Shown: positions 39,989 to 52,020 of the stretch, in pieces
How positions within the stretch are numbered: position 1 is the first letter of the stretch
Layout of the letters: each line of letters opens with the position of its first letter
Assembly: GCF_000315625.1 (NCBI RefSeq)
Contig: NW_005434647.1
Coordinates: 687,998-751,997 of the forward strand
Direction: 5' to 3'
DNA: 64,000 bases
Source of the DNA: Guillardia theta CCMP2712
Taxonomy: Eukaryota; Protista; Cryptophyta
Notes under the pieces: generated by a model
The model's input: the letters and a program-made list of their open reading frames with translations, nothing else
The model's database searches: none
Told to the model about the DNA's origin: nothing
Position numbers and translations under genes: made by a program

Positions 39989-41204
39989 ATGATGATCACT
40001 CGTGCAGCATTCGTACTAGCTATCCTCGCTGTTGCCGGTGAGGGAATGGTCATATCACAGAAGGAGCAAGAAATGCCTGCGAAGGGTCTTATGCTCAGGG
40101 AGGGTTTCGTGCCTACACCGCTCTTCTCAAATACTTTCAAGGGAAAGGACAAGTTATTTTCATTGCCCAACAACAAGAAAGGACTGTCTGCACTGAAGTG
40201 TGGTTAGTTTGTTGTTTCTCATTTCCCAATTTCACATCTCATGATGGATACCTGCAGGGTTGTATGGGGACGACATTGCAACTAAGAAGGATGCCTTGTT
40301 CATTCCAGCCACTTCTAGACTGCACTGGAGGGAATACCGTTCTAGACTGATCAAGGTAGATTGTGTTGATTTGGAAGCGTTTGGATTGATAAGCTGTAGG
40401 CTGAGACGCCTTTTTGGATGAGACGGGCAAGTCTGCACACGGGGCTGTGGGCCCATGAGTTGTGGGACATCGAACAGGGATGCCTGATGATCGAGACGGG
40501 CAAGCCTTCGACCATGAGATCCGATGACTTTCAGCGCGCTTACGAAGGCCGGGTAGTCTTTGTACTGCACCACAGCCAGGAGCACGGAAGCTACGGGCTG
40601 ATTCTTAACAAGGCTACACCGTGCACCATAGGAGATTTCACTGAAAAGTTGCCTCACTTCGATGATAACACGATACACTACGGAGGGTAAGAGCTTTCAA
40701 TCTTCATTTGAAATGTTCTCACTCGTTGAATCTAGGGAGGGCCACAAGGCATTGCAAGGACAAGTTGCCAACCGAGAGTTGCACACTATCCACTCCTGCT
40801 CCGAAGTCGTAGGATCAGAAGAGATTATCGACGGGGTGTTCCTTGGCGCGGATCTTAGACATGCCAGCAAGCTCGTGGAGCAGAAGCGAGCCAAGGCAAG
40901 CCAGTTCAAATTCTTTTACAGCGCCACCCAATGGCAACCTGGACAGCTTCAGAGGGAGTTCAAGGAGGTTTGCTATTCCGATATCTGCTCTCCGATTCTG
41001 AACTTGTAAGTAGGGGCGATGGGTCGCTGCTGCATGCTCGAAGGAACTCATTTTGTATCCGAACTCGTACTGGGAAAAGCCGCTCTGGAAGATAGTGATG
41101 GAGGTATGGTGTGATAGACATGCTCTGGCTCCGTCTTAAAGCTGCTGCAGGTGATGGGAGGAAAGTTCAGCCTTATGTGCAGGGAGCTGTGTGATGACTT
41201 GTAG
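39989..41204 (+). CDS. DUF179/YqgE/AlgH (UPF0301) protein with signal peptide (possibly plastid-targeted); multi-exon
   Basis: WREYRSRLI, WAHEL..IEQGCLMI, GSYGLILNK, IHYGG, FKFFYSATQWQPGQLQRE, GRWVAAACS. Confidence 0.85.
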
Positions 41205-41359
41205 CGATGGGGCACCTCCTCGTGTAGTAATAGATGTATCTAAGTTGTTTTTCAGCCTCGTGTGAGGCAAACTTTCAGCCTCGGAGCCCTCCAACCGGGA
41301 CCGGCATGTTTTGCCAAGTTGTTTCATCGTTTTGTATTTCTAGTACAGCTTTAGTTTCA

Positions 41360-42560
41360 CTCAGTGTGATTCCATCATCCGAGCCATGACTCGAATGAAT
41401 CCGGGTCGCCCGGCGGGCTCCCGGAGTCGAGTCCGGCACTGAATCATTACCAGTGTTACAGCTCCGGTCCGGGTGGCAGGCCGACTCACTACTCTGACAC
41501 GACCGTGCCGGTAGCGGCCGGGCGTCGCGGCGGGCCGGGCGGCCCGGCGGGCCACTGCCGCTGGGCCGCGTACTACGGTACAGTCAGTCGGACGGTACGG
41601 CCCCCGCCGCCGCGTCACCGTGCGCAGTGGCTGAGTGCCGGCTTCCGGGAGCCTGCCAATGTGCCGGGGCCCGGACTGGACCGGCCGGGCCGAGCCTCCT
41701 CACACCGCCGCCGCGGCTGCCGCCTCGCCGGGGGGGGCCGGGGCCCGGCGGGCCGAGACCGGCCCGTTGTGACGGCTGCCGCCACCGTCGGTCGGCGGGT
41801 CACCCGCCGACCAGTGGACCGTCTTACTAAGTTAGCGCCGGGCCACCCCCCGCGGCAGCCCGGCCGCGGGCCGGGCTGGGCGGCGTGCAGCGCCGGGCCG
41901 CCAGTCCGAGGCTCAGGCTCTGAGCGCGGCTGTCCAACTTCGCGAACGCACAGGCTGGCCGCGGGTACTGCCAGCCACACTACGTGATCATACCGTCACA
42001 CGGGCGTGGCCCCCGCGGGCAGCCACGGTGACCGGCGGCGGCCGGCCCCGCCGCACTGACTCACGCCCGGCCCGTGTTAAACCGCCGGGGTCCCGGAGTC
42101 CGATCAAAGTTTCCGAGCCTCCCGGGGCCCGGCCGACTCGGTTCTGCGGACGGGAGGCTTCAAGAGTCAGCTGTCCGAGTGCACGGTGCCCCGGTTCAAG
42201 CGGCCCCGGGCGGCCCCGGGCCCCGAACCGTTGAACCGTGCCCAGTGCAGTGCCGGGCACCGGCGGTCCCGAATCCGATGCGGCCGCCCGGCCCGGCCCC
42301 GCTGAAGTGACCAGGGACTCCGAGAGGCTCTACTAGGCTATGTCCGACGGTCGACTCGGTGATCGCGGCAGATGACTCAGTCCACCGCACTGAGCTGCCG
42401 GGACCGTCACAGGCTGCTGCCTGAGTGCGGCTCATCGTCTCAGTGCTTCTCATACTTGGCAGTGTGAAAGGGCCTCGCCGCAGTGCTCAGTCAGGTTGTC
42501 AGTTCGGATACTACGGTACCCGGCGTGAACGGTCGACCGGCCCACCGTCCGAGGCGCTAT
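41360..42560. other. Large GC-rich intergenic island; right part is the outer left arm of the palindrome
   Basis: Extreme GC, cgg/ccg-rich, alignable in patches to 44870-45206. Confidence 0.75.
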
Positions 42561-42928
42561 TGGTTTTACTTAGTAACGACCACTCTATTCGTGCCAAGTT
42601 GTGCGATGGGCAGCAAACGAGTCCGTCAGCCTGAAGCAACACTGAGTACGGTAGCAGCATTGGGACTCCGGGACTCCGAGAACAAATAAGTTCATCGATG
42701 ATTCTACATTCGGCCCAAGTTCTTGTCAGCCAGATCATTCAATGACTCGGACTGACCTATTCTGATGTACAACAAATTTCCCAAATCCGGTCCACGGTGA
42801 CTCGTCACTCTCTTCTCACGCTTCTAAGCTCAACCACCACCATGCCTTCAAGATCGTCTGCTTGATCCTTGTAGATCACTGTCCCGTCATCTCTCCGCGT
42901 GTTTGCTCCGAGGTCATTGCTGATTCTT

Positions 42929-43372
42929 CTAGCTGCTCGCGTGCGCGATGGCCTCGTCCATCAACCTCTCCGTCTCAACGCACACACGCCCTCCTGTCCA
43001 GGTCCAGCACGTCGTGATCACGTCTTGTGCTCGAGGCGACGGGCATGAGCCCGGGTCTGCAAGGTGGGACGCGCAAAGAGGCTGCGAGTCACGGTCCGGC
43101 AAGGGAGTCCTCTTGTAAGGCCATCTGCGTATGCCCAGCCGTCTACACGCGTTCTTGAGCGCCGTGAGGGAGATGCCCTGTAGCAAGTAAGCCGAGAAAA
43201 CCCTCCAGGCAAGGAGGCTACACACCAGGCTGACGGCAGCATCAGTCTGCCGCATATCGAACAGGCTGAGCAGGCTGTCGGCAGTGATAGCGATCTTAGG
43301 CTTCTTGGTATGGAGGGAGAGCTGGGACCCTCTTCTGCGAGGGGAGACGAAATGGGGAGGGGAGGAGGTCAT
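42929..43372 (-). CDS. RWP-RK domain transcription factor, copy 1 (intron 43178-43225)
   Basis: ITADSLLSLFDMRQTDAAVSL|GISLTALKNACRRLGIRRWPYKR. Confidence 0.9.
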   Translation of the reverse strand: MTSSPPHFVSPRRRGSQLSLHTKKPKIAITADSLLSLFDMRQTDAAVSLVCSLLAWRVFSAYLLQGISLTALKNACRRLGIRRWPYKRTPLPDRDSQPLCASHLADPGSCPSPRAQDVITTCWTWTGGRVCVETERLMDEAIAHASS

Positions 43373-44066
43373 GGGAAGAGGGAGAGAAGGGAGAGACGTA
43401 CGAGAAGAGAGGATGAGACTACTTGCGGGAGAGGGAAGGGAGGAGAGGGCTGCGAGAGGGAGGAGGGGAAAGGAGTACGATGCGAGGAGTCAGGGGGATG
43501 GTGTAAGGGAGGAAGGGCAAATGCTCGGCGCCTGGACAGCAGCCACAGGGACAGGAAGTGGGGCGTCGGTTTGCAAGGAGTTTTCGTTATGCCTGTCGGA
43601 GTTCCGGTGTGGAGAGTAAAAGGGCCATAAGCGGAAACATGATACAAGGAAGCGAAAGGAGACGATTACAGCCTTCTGAAGCGCCGCGAATTCGATTTAT
43701 CAAGGAATGCGTCGAGTGAAGGTACCTCGCTCATGTCCATTGACTGAAAGTTAAGGGCGGCAGGAGGCAGGCAAACTTGGGGGATCTTTCCGTCTGCTGG
43801 GCCAAGGAAACGAAATCTTCTGTTTTCAAATCATCCGGGGTTGTCCGAATGTCGGGGTTAATGTTGATATCGGCCATGTTCGGGGAACTGACTTTTCTCG
43901 ACGTGCACGGTGCAAACCGTTGAGCTTTCCTTTTCCTGCTCTAGCCCTCTTATTCGTTGTCTTGATCTGTCCCCTCCTCCCTCTCGCAGCCCTCTCCTCC
44001 CTTCCCTCTCCCGCAAGTAGTCTCATCCTCTCTTCTCGTACGTCTCTCCCTTCTCTCCCTCTTCCC

Positions 44067-44510
44067 ATGACCTCCTCCCCTCCCCATTTCGTCTCCCCTC
44101 GCAGAAGAGGGTCCCAGCTCTCCCTCCATACCAAGAAGCCTAAGATCGCTATCACTGCCGACAGCCTGCTCAGCCTGTTCGATATGCGGCAGACTGATGC
44201 TGCCGTCAGCCTGGTGTGTAGCCTCCTTGCCTGGAGGGTTTTCTCGGCTGACTTGCTACAGGGCATCTCCCTCACGGCGCTCAAGAACGCGTGTAGACGG
44301 CTGGGCATACGCAGATGGCCTTACAAGAGGACGCCCTTGCCGGACCGTGACTCGCAGCCTCTTTGCGCGTCCCACCTTGCAGACCCGGGCTCATGCCCGT
44401 CGCCTCGAGCACAAGACGTGATCACGACGTGCTGGACCTGGACAGGAGGGCGTGTGTGCGTTGAGACGGAGAGGTTGATGGACGAGGCCATCGCGCACGC
44501 GAGCAGCTAG
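44067..44510 (+). CDS. RWP-RK domain transcription factor, copy 2 (intron 44214-44261)
   Basis: Identical spliced protein to copy 1. Confidence 0.9.
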   Translation: MTSSPPHFVSPRRRGSQLSLHTKKPKIAITADSLLSLFDMRQTDAAVSLVCSLLAWRVFSADLLQGISLTALKNACRRLGIRRWPYKRTPLPDRDSQPLCASHLADPGSCPSPRAQDVITTCWTWTGGRVCVETERLMDEAIAHASS

Positions 44511-44929
44511 AAGAATCAGCAATGACCTCGGAGCAAACACGCGGAGAGATGACGGGACAGTGATCTACAAGGATCAAGCAGACGATCTTGAAGGCATGGT
44601 GGTGGTTGAGCTTAGAAGCGTGAGAAGAGAGTGACGAGTCACCGTGGACCGGATTTGGGAAATTTGTTGTACATCAGAATAGGTCAGTCCGAGTCATTGA
44701 ATGATCTGGCTGACAAGAACTTGGGACGAATGTAGCCTAGAATCATCGATGAACTTATTTGTTCTCGGAGTCCCGGAGTCCCAATGCTGCTACCGTACTC
44801 AGTGTTGCTTCAGGCTGACTGACTCGCTTGCTTGTGTTATCATCAAGTTTCCCTGCCCATCGCACAACTTGGCACCAACTTAAGAGTGGTTGTTAAACCA
44901 ATAGAGTGCTCGTTCAAGTTAACTGACCA

Positions 44930-45350
44930 CCTGACTACTGCGGCGGGCCGCGGGCGAGGCCCTTTCACACTGCCAAGTCACGGTAGGCATGGCCGTAGTA
45001 TGAGAATAGAGGTATCGGTATCGGAACTGAGCACTGAGACGATTAACAACGGCTCAGCGGCTCGGCCCATCATGGCATCGGACTCTCAGTCTCGGATGAG
45101 TCAGCCTGTGACAACGGTCCGATGGCTCAGTGCGGCGGAACGGTCAGCCGCATCGGACCAGGTGCAACGGTGCAACGGCCCTGACTGTGACAGCTGAGCT
45201 GAAGCCAAGTTCGACGAAGTGCGGGGACCGTGGTCACCGGGGCGGTGCCAGCCCGGCGCTGAGCGGCCTGCCCGCGGCGACCGGCCCGGGGCCCGGCCGG
45301 CGGCGGCCCGGACCGTATCGGACTCGACGATGATGGGGCTCCGGATCCGA
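44930..45350. other. GC-rich intergenic island (outer right arm of the palindrome)
   Basis: Same vocabulary; AT-rich flank at 45350-45400. Confidence 0.7.
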
Positions 45351-45588
45351 AGTTCATAAAAAAGGAAACTGAAAGTTTGAGTTTGATTCAAAGTTTTGTT
45401 GAGAGGCGTGTATGAACAAGGGGCAGGAAGCGAAGGCGAGGCTGACAAGAAGCAAGAAGATAACAGAGCAGGGCAGGGAGAGAAGAGGATAGTCTATTCA
45501 AGAAGGTTGAGGCCTTTTCTTCCTTCCCTCTGTCCATTTCAAGCACCCGAAGCAAGTCCGACAAATCAGCTCTTGCCCTTGTCTCACC

Positions 45589-48500
45589 ATGGCTCCTTTC
45601 AAACAAATCAACGTTCACTTGAGCCCCGTGGCGCCGTACAGCAATGCTGAGGGAGGAGTGGCAGAGCGGTGTCGTGTGCTAGTGCGCTTTCGTCCTCTAC
45701 CGGACTCGAACCATGGAGATTCTCCCTTCATGATACGGGATGATGTTCGAGTGTCGGTGGCCACAAAAGATTCGAGCGCGAACGATCAGGCTACGTATCA
45801 GTTTGATCGGATATTCACACAAGATGCAACCCAAGAGGAGGTGTTTCATGTAGTCATGAAGGACTCTGTGGACTCAGTCTTGAATGGTAACTTGCATCTT
45901 TATCTACCGTCATGTGTTGAAACCGTTTTTGTTCTTTCAAGGGTTCAATGCAACCGTGCTGGCCTACGGGCAGTCAGGGGCTGGCAAGACACATACCATG
46001 TTTGGGACAGAGAAGAGTGATCAGGGGATCATCCCGCGATCTGTGAAGGAGATCTTCAGGAGAATCTCATGCCATGACTCCGGAAGCATGTTTGTGGTCA
46101 AGGTAGGAAGGAGGAGTGTGTTGTCAACAGAGGAGGGAGAAGTAAGCTAGGCATCAAGGGGGGAGGGAGGATGTAAGCTTGGTTTCAAGGGAGGAGGGAG
46201 GGGTTAAGTTCATGGTGGAGATGCAGATATCCAAGTGATGGCAGGGCATGCAGGCATCGATGCTGGAGATCTACATGGAGGAGATGAGAGACCTTCTGCG
46301 ACCGTCTGCCAGCAAGTCTGTTTGACCGTTGGCTCCTCTCCTTCATTGCTGAGCTCCTCTCAGACTAAAACTCCGCGAGTCTGTCTTCGACGGGGTGTGG
46401 GTCGAGGGACTTCATTATACTTTCATCCATTCCGCTGAGGCACGACGACATGCTACTTGTTCCCTCCCTTGTGCAACTCCCCACGATCACCCTTCCTCCT
46501 CGTTCTGTTTCTTCCTCCCTGTCTTCTCCCTTCTGAAAGCGTTGACTCCTTTCTATGACCCCTGTCTTCTCCCTTCTGCCGTCTGTTCGCTTAAACTCTT
46601 CGTCTCAGGCTGCAATGGATCTGGTCAAGAAAGGAATGGCGGCGCGAGCAGTAGGAGTAACCAACATGAATAGTCACAGCAGCAGATCTCATTGCATCTT
46701 TTCTCTGCGTGTTGAGCAGCAGCATCCGGTCGTCCTCCGCTGGCCTTTCTCACTCTTTCTGCATCCATTTCCAAGAGCCTCCTGCCCTTCTTCCTTCTTC
46801 CTGTCCTTTCCATCCTCTCTTTTCCATCCTCCCTTACCTGTCTATCTTCTCCTTACTCCCTTTCTGCCTGAAGCTACGTCTACGTCTCTTATTTGCCAGC
46901 AGGATGGTTACCTGCAACGAGGCGAGCTTCACTTTGCTGACCTTGCAGGGCTTGAGCGAGTTGATAGGACTGGTGCACAAGTATGAGGGAGGGGGAGGAG
47001 CGGGAGGAGATTTCTGAGAATGGGTTTCCTTAGGGACAAACGTTCGAGGAGGCTAAGAGAATCAACTTGTACTGTATTGCCTTGTGTGCTTCTTTCTTCA
47101 CTCTTGTCATGACAGATCGCTCTCTGCCCTTGGCAACTGCATCGCTGCTCTGGCACAGCCCGGAAGGAATCACATTCCCTTTCGAGACTCTAAGCTCACC
47201 TTCCTCCTCAAGGTCTCAGCCCGCTGTTTACTCTTGATGCATACCATTCCTTCCCCTCCCCTCCCCTCCCCTCCCCTCCCCTCCCCTTCTCTCCCCTTCT
47301 CTCCTGTCTCACCTCTTCCCTTCGCTTCACCTCTATCTCCTCTCCTTTCTTTCCTCCCTCCCTCCTTTTGCTCTCTCTTCCCTCCTCTCCTCTTGTACTA
47401 GCTCAAGACGGTCCATAGAACTCTCTCGGAGGGAACGCCAAGACCACTCTCCTCATCGCCGCGTCCTCGAGCTGGAAGGTGTTTGGCCAGGCGGCGCGTC
47501 TACAACTGAGCCTTCCGCAGGACCTTGAGGAGAGCGTGACGGCACTCAAGTTTGGAGCTCGAGCACGCGCGATCAAGAACGTGGTGAAGGTGAACAGGAA
47601 GTTAAGGTGAGGCCCTGCCATGCTTGACTTTCACTCACTTCCCCTCCCCCCAGCGCCGAGGAGCTGGAACGCCTGCTCAACAAGCTGAAGCAGGAGCATG
47701 ACAACCTGCGGCAGTACTGCCTTGCGCTGGAGCAGAGGATCGTTGAGTTGACCAAGGGGAGGAGGAAGTCGTCTCCGAAAGAGGACAAGGAGAACTTCAA
47801 CAGCAACGTCACCCCTGACGCGCACAGGAGGGGCAGGACGAGCTTGTTGGAGGAGGAGGAAGATAACCCAACATTCTCTGCTGTCTGCAACCGATGGAGG
47901 AGAATGCAAGCGGGCGGGGAGGACGAAGTTCCTTCACCTGTGCACAACCTCGACCCCCTCCAGCTCCTCCACCACATTTCTCAGCTCGAGAGCGCCAACG
48001 TTGACATGCAGATGGAGATCGAGTCGCTAATCATGAAGCAGCAGACCTCGTCCCCCACTACAGGTACATCCAACCACTTGACCCTCTCTCTTCATCCGCA
48101 CCATTTGACCATGTGTTCGTTCCTCTTCATCCACACCACATGTGTCTCCCTCTTCCTTCTCGCTTCGTCGCGCGCTCTTCCTCTCTCTCTTCCCTCTTCT
48201 TTCTCTCATTTGCCTCCACCGTCAGCTTCACTTGTCTCACTTGTAGCTGCAGTGGTTGGGACCTCCTTCTCCGGCGACAGGTCGCAGCAGATGTCACCTG
48301 GATGTGCGAGGGGGGAGCAGGCAAGTGCTGTGCAGTTCTGTAGCAGCTCTTTGCGGACTGAGCGTGTTGACTTGTAGTGGCAGGAAGGGCTCGGGCAGGG
48401 GCAGGAGACTGAGAGCGGAAAGGAGGCGGTAGACCAGCACCTTCAAACTTCTCTCCTCGACTTCGCCTGGAGTTTGGCACTTCCCAAGCAGGACACGTCT

Positions 48501-49054
48501 GTTCAAACTTCCTTTCTGCCTTCACCCAAGCAGAACTTGATGAGCTTGCTCGACACGACTCAACCTCCGTCTCATGTCAGTGAGGGGTTTTAGCGTCACC
48601 TCCTGCTGAATCCCTGCTGTTTGCTGCAGCAGGCCGACCCTCTTCCACGGGAGGACTCGAAGGATGTGCTCACAGGGTTCTTGAGGAAGAGAGGGAGGTC
48701 CATCATGGGAGGTACCAAGAAAGCTTCCTGCGTCCTGCGGAAGGACAGCATGCTCTATCAGCACTGCGACGAAGACGGGTCTCCGACCTCCTCTCTCCGC
48801 AAGGAGATCCCTCTCCGCAACATTTCTCATCTCGAGAAACTCGACAGGTGAGCTGAGGAGCCCGAGGAAAAGAGGCGGAGAATGAGTGAAATTGAGGGGA
48901 GGGGAGGAGCTAATATAGAACATGACGAGTATCTTGCAGCGGCCGAGTGCATCGCTTTCGCTTCCGATGTCGTGCACGCGAGTTCATGTTCGAGGCGGAG
49001 ACGCTGCATCAGAGGAACGAGTGGTTCGACAACATTCAAAGCCTTGTGCAGTAG
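45589..49054 (+). CDS. Kinesin motor protein with short coiled coil and C-terminal PH domain; multi-exon
   Basis: [65 protein letters not shown]; PH: [29 protein letters not shown]. Confidence 0.9.
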
Positions 49055-49255
49055 TGAAGGAGTCAGGTTAGCCTGAAGAAAAAGTACAGAAGGGTTCATT
49101 GAAGTGAATCGAAGAGGCACGCATGCTACAAACTCCTACGAGCTGAAATCAGCACATTGCTCCTCTCCTCTCAACGATTTCCAGCGCTCATTCGCCCTAA
49201 CTGGAGGACGAGTTGCTCCCTCATGAGAAGCGTTGATACATACAGGGTCACTCGT

Positions 49256-50906
49256 CTACTCGAACGACTTGAGAGTCTTGTGGATGATTTCGCAAGCATT
49301 GTTGATGTCTTGTTCCGTGCTCGTGAGGGGAGGAGCGAGGCGAATGATGTCGTCATGCGTGGGCTTGGCAAGAACTCCGTTCTTAGCCATCTCCAAGCAA
49401 ACATCCCACGCAGTGACAGTCCTGCCCTTGATCTGGGTGGGCTTGATGACGATGGCGTTCAAGAGACCCTTGCCACGGATGGTGGTCACGAGCGGAGACT
49501 TCATGTTGTGAAGGTTGGCGCGGGTCAGCTCTCCATTCTTCTCGGCTTTGGCCACCAAGTTCTCGTCCTTGAGCACGTTGAGAGCAGCCATGGCGATCTT
49601 GCACGCGAGGGGGTTGCCTCCAAAGGTGGACCCATGCTCGCCGGGCTTGACTTGAAGGATAACCTCATGGGAGGACAAGACAGCAGACACAGGGTACGTT
49701 CCTCCTGACAACGCCTTTCCAAGTACGACAATATCAGGCTTCACGTTGTCCCACTCAACGCAGAGGGTCCTTCCGGTACGTCCGCATCCCGTCTGAACTT
49801 CGTCAGCAATGAGCAACACCTTGTACTTCTGACAGATCTCCTTGGCTTTCTTCATGTAGCCTGCGTCGGGAACCATCACTCCCGCCTCTCCTTGGATCGG
49901 CTCGACCATGAACGCGCAGTACTCGTTCGCATGCTCCGCGATTTTCTTCTCGAGAGCAGCAAGATCGTTGTAAGCAACAATGTCAAAGTTGGGCATAGCA
50001 GGTCCAAATCCAGCATAGGAGGAAGGATCGGTGGAGGAGGAGATAGCAGCGAGGGTGCGGCCCCAGAAGTTGTTCTCCGCGAACAAGATTCTCGCCTTGT
50101 TGTCAGGGATGCCCTTGACAGCGTAACCCCATCGGCGAGCAAGCTTGCAAGCCGTCTCTCCTCCCTCAACACCAGTGTTCATGGGAAGCACGCGCTCGTA
50201 ACCAAAGTACTTGGTAACAAACTCGCAATAGGGTCCCAACACATCATTGTGGAAAGCCCTGGAGGAGAGGGTAAGAGTCTCAGCCTGCTCCTTCATGGCA
50301 GCGATGATCTTTGGGTGGCAATGCCCCTGGTTGACTGCAGAGTATGCAGACAGGTAATCATAATACTCCTTGCCATCCACATCCCACACTTTCACTCCCT
50401 TGCCCTTGGAGAGAACCACGGGCAGAGGGTGGTAGTTGTGAGCACCAAAGTCATCTTCAAGCTTCATCAGCTTCTTCTGCTTCTCAGACAGATGTGCTCG
50501 CTCTGCATCAGAAGCACTTCCACCCATACCACGTGCAAAGGTACGAGATACAGATCGGTTGAGAGCCCTGCCGAAGACAAGGGTCAGTACACAGCGTTAC
50601 ATCTCAGAGGCCTGGGTGTTGGCTTGCATGAGAGGATTTGTGAAAAAAGACCACAAGAATACGAAACCAAGGTAACCATGCCAGGAAACCACCCCCAGCC
50701 CTTGAACGACTAGGATACACACTAGACAGCAGCGCCGGGTCATTTACTGGGGCAAGTCTGACGAGACTATGCCACGGCAAAAGATGATGGGATGTCCGAC
50801 ATCATACAAACATGAAATTGAAATGCTTGGGATGTTTTTTTCTGTGGGTGCAAGAAAGGAGAGCATCTCACCGCATGGCGCCCCTGCATCCAACAGTCTT
50901 CAGCAT
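49256..50906 (-). CDS. OAT: Ornithine aminotransferase, mitochondrial (intron 50568-50871)
   Basis: [63 protein letters not shown]; presequence [25 protein letters not shown]. Confidence 0.95.
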
Positions 50907-51689
50907 GGCCGCGCTCGTGCTTTTCCGCTGCCTACGGTCTCTATATACTGATCAGAAGGGTAGGGATGCCTCCAATACCGGGTAGGGGTAGTTGAGAACA
51001 GCCGATATGGTAAGGGTGATAAATGGTCAAGGAGGGGGTGAGGGTGGACTTTTGGTCTGGTAGATAGAGCCTTTTGGACACCCTGTTACTAAAATGACTG
51101 TTGATTTTACCTTGTGAAATATTGACTGAAAAATATTATTCAAATAAAACTAAAGTAATGAACTGTCTGACTAAATCAAGAACTATGGAGGGCGTTCATC
51201 GAATATCTTTACCTATGTGGTACCACATTCGAAAACTATTTCCCGGTACTTTGGGGAGAGCTTGGTTTCTTAGGCAAGGGTAGGGTGTTTCAAGGTCCAT
51301 CTTGGGGTAGGGTGGAAACTCGGGGAGGGTGGGGGAAAATGGTTGGTATACGATGATAAGTAAAAATGTTCAGGATGTTCCCTTAAAGTAGGGGTACTTC
51401 AACAGGTCAAGCAGAGGGTGGGATGAACCAAAAAGCAGTTACGCATCTGTAACCACTCTACCGACCTCACACCACCCTACCACACCTCGCATAATTGCAA
51501 CGCATAGTACCCCCTCATTTGTTTACTAATCTTGGATTCAATTCCATACCCGTAGGTACCCCTACCCACTCAATAAGTCTGAGTGACCCGACCTTGAACT
51601 TACGGCTGGGAGTCGCCCGGGCGCAAATCGGAGTACCTTGCAACACAAGGGCAGTACACTGGCCTCCAACTTGACGCGCCCGAGGTTGA

Positions 51690-52020
51690 TTGAACTCAGT
51701 CAAGTTCAAAGATCAAAACAGAGGCGGCGCTGAAGGCACAAGGGTCACGGTGGCTGTGACCAGCGGCTGGCCCGGCACCGTCGGGCCGGGGCGCGGCGGG
51801 CACTGCCGCAGCGCGGCCCGGCGGCCGGGCCCCGGCGGCCCACCAGCCTGGCAGTGGAATGGCGGCCGTTCTCCTGATTGGCGTAGATCCCTTTACTCAA
51901 AGTTAAGTTAAAAATCAGTACGAGGACAATCAGGAGAGAGTGGTGGAGCTGACACCACCCCACCCCCCTGCGCGACGGTCGGACCCGGTGACCCGGCGAG
52001 GGGTGACCCGGTACTACTAT
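51690..52020. other. GC-rich intergenic island
   Basis: gcggcccggcggccgggccccggcggcc etc. Confidence 0.65.

Larger units (their letters stand above)
42156..45206. repeat. Large inverted duplication: arms ~42156-43469 and 43970-~45206, 500-bp unique spacer 43470-43969
   Basis: Positions sum to 87439 across the near-identical inner ~755 bp; outer arms align in blocks separated by insertions. Confidence 0.95.

Noticed and set aside
41361-42453. R/P/G/A-rich ORFs in GC islands (also 10041-10476, 59199-60074)
   Set aside because: Open in several frames because of GC content; no motifs; arm-specific indels ignore frame.
32548-45206. Functional sex/recombination cluster (MRE11 near RWP-RK pair) or MRE11 as a dedicated part of the insertion process
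   Set aside because: Proximity alone is not evidence in a gene-dense eukaryotic genome; unrelated genes intervene.
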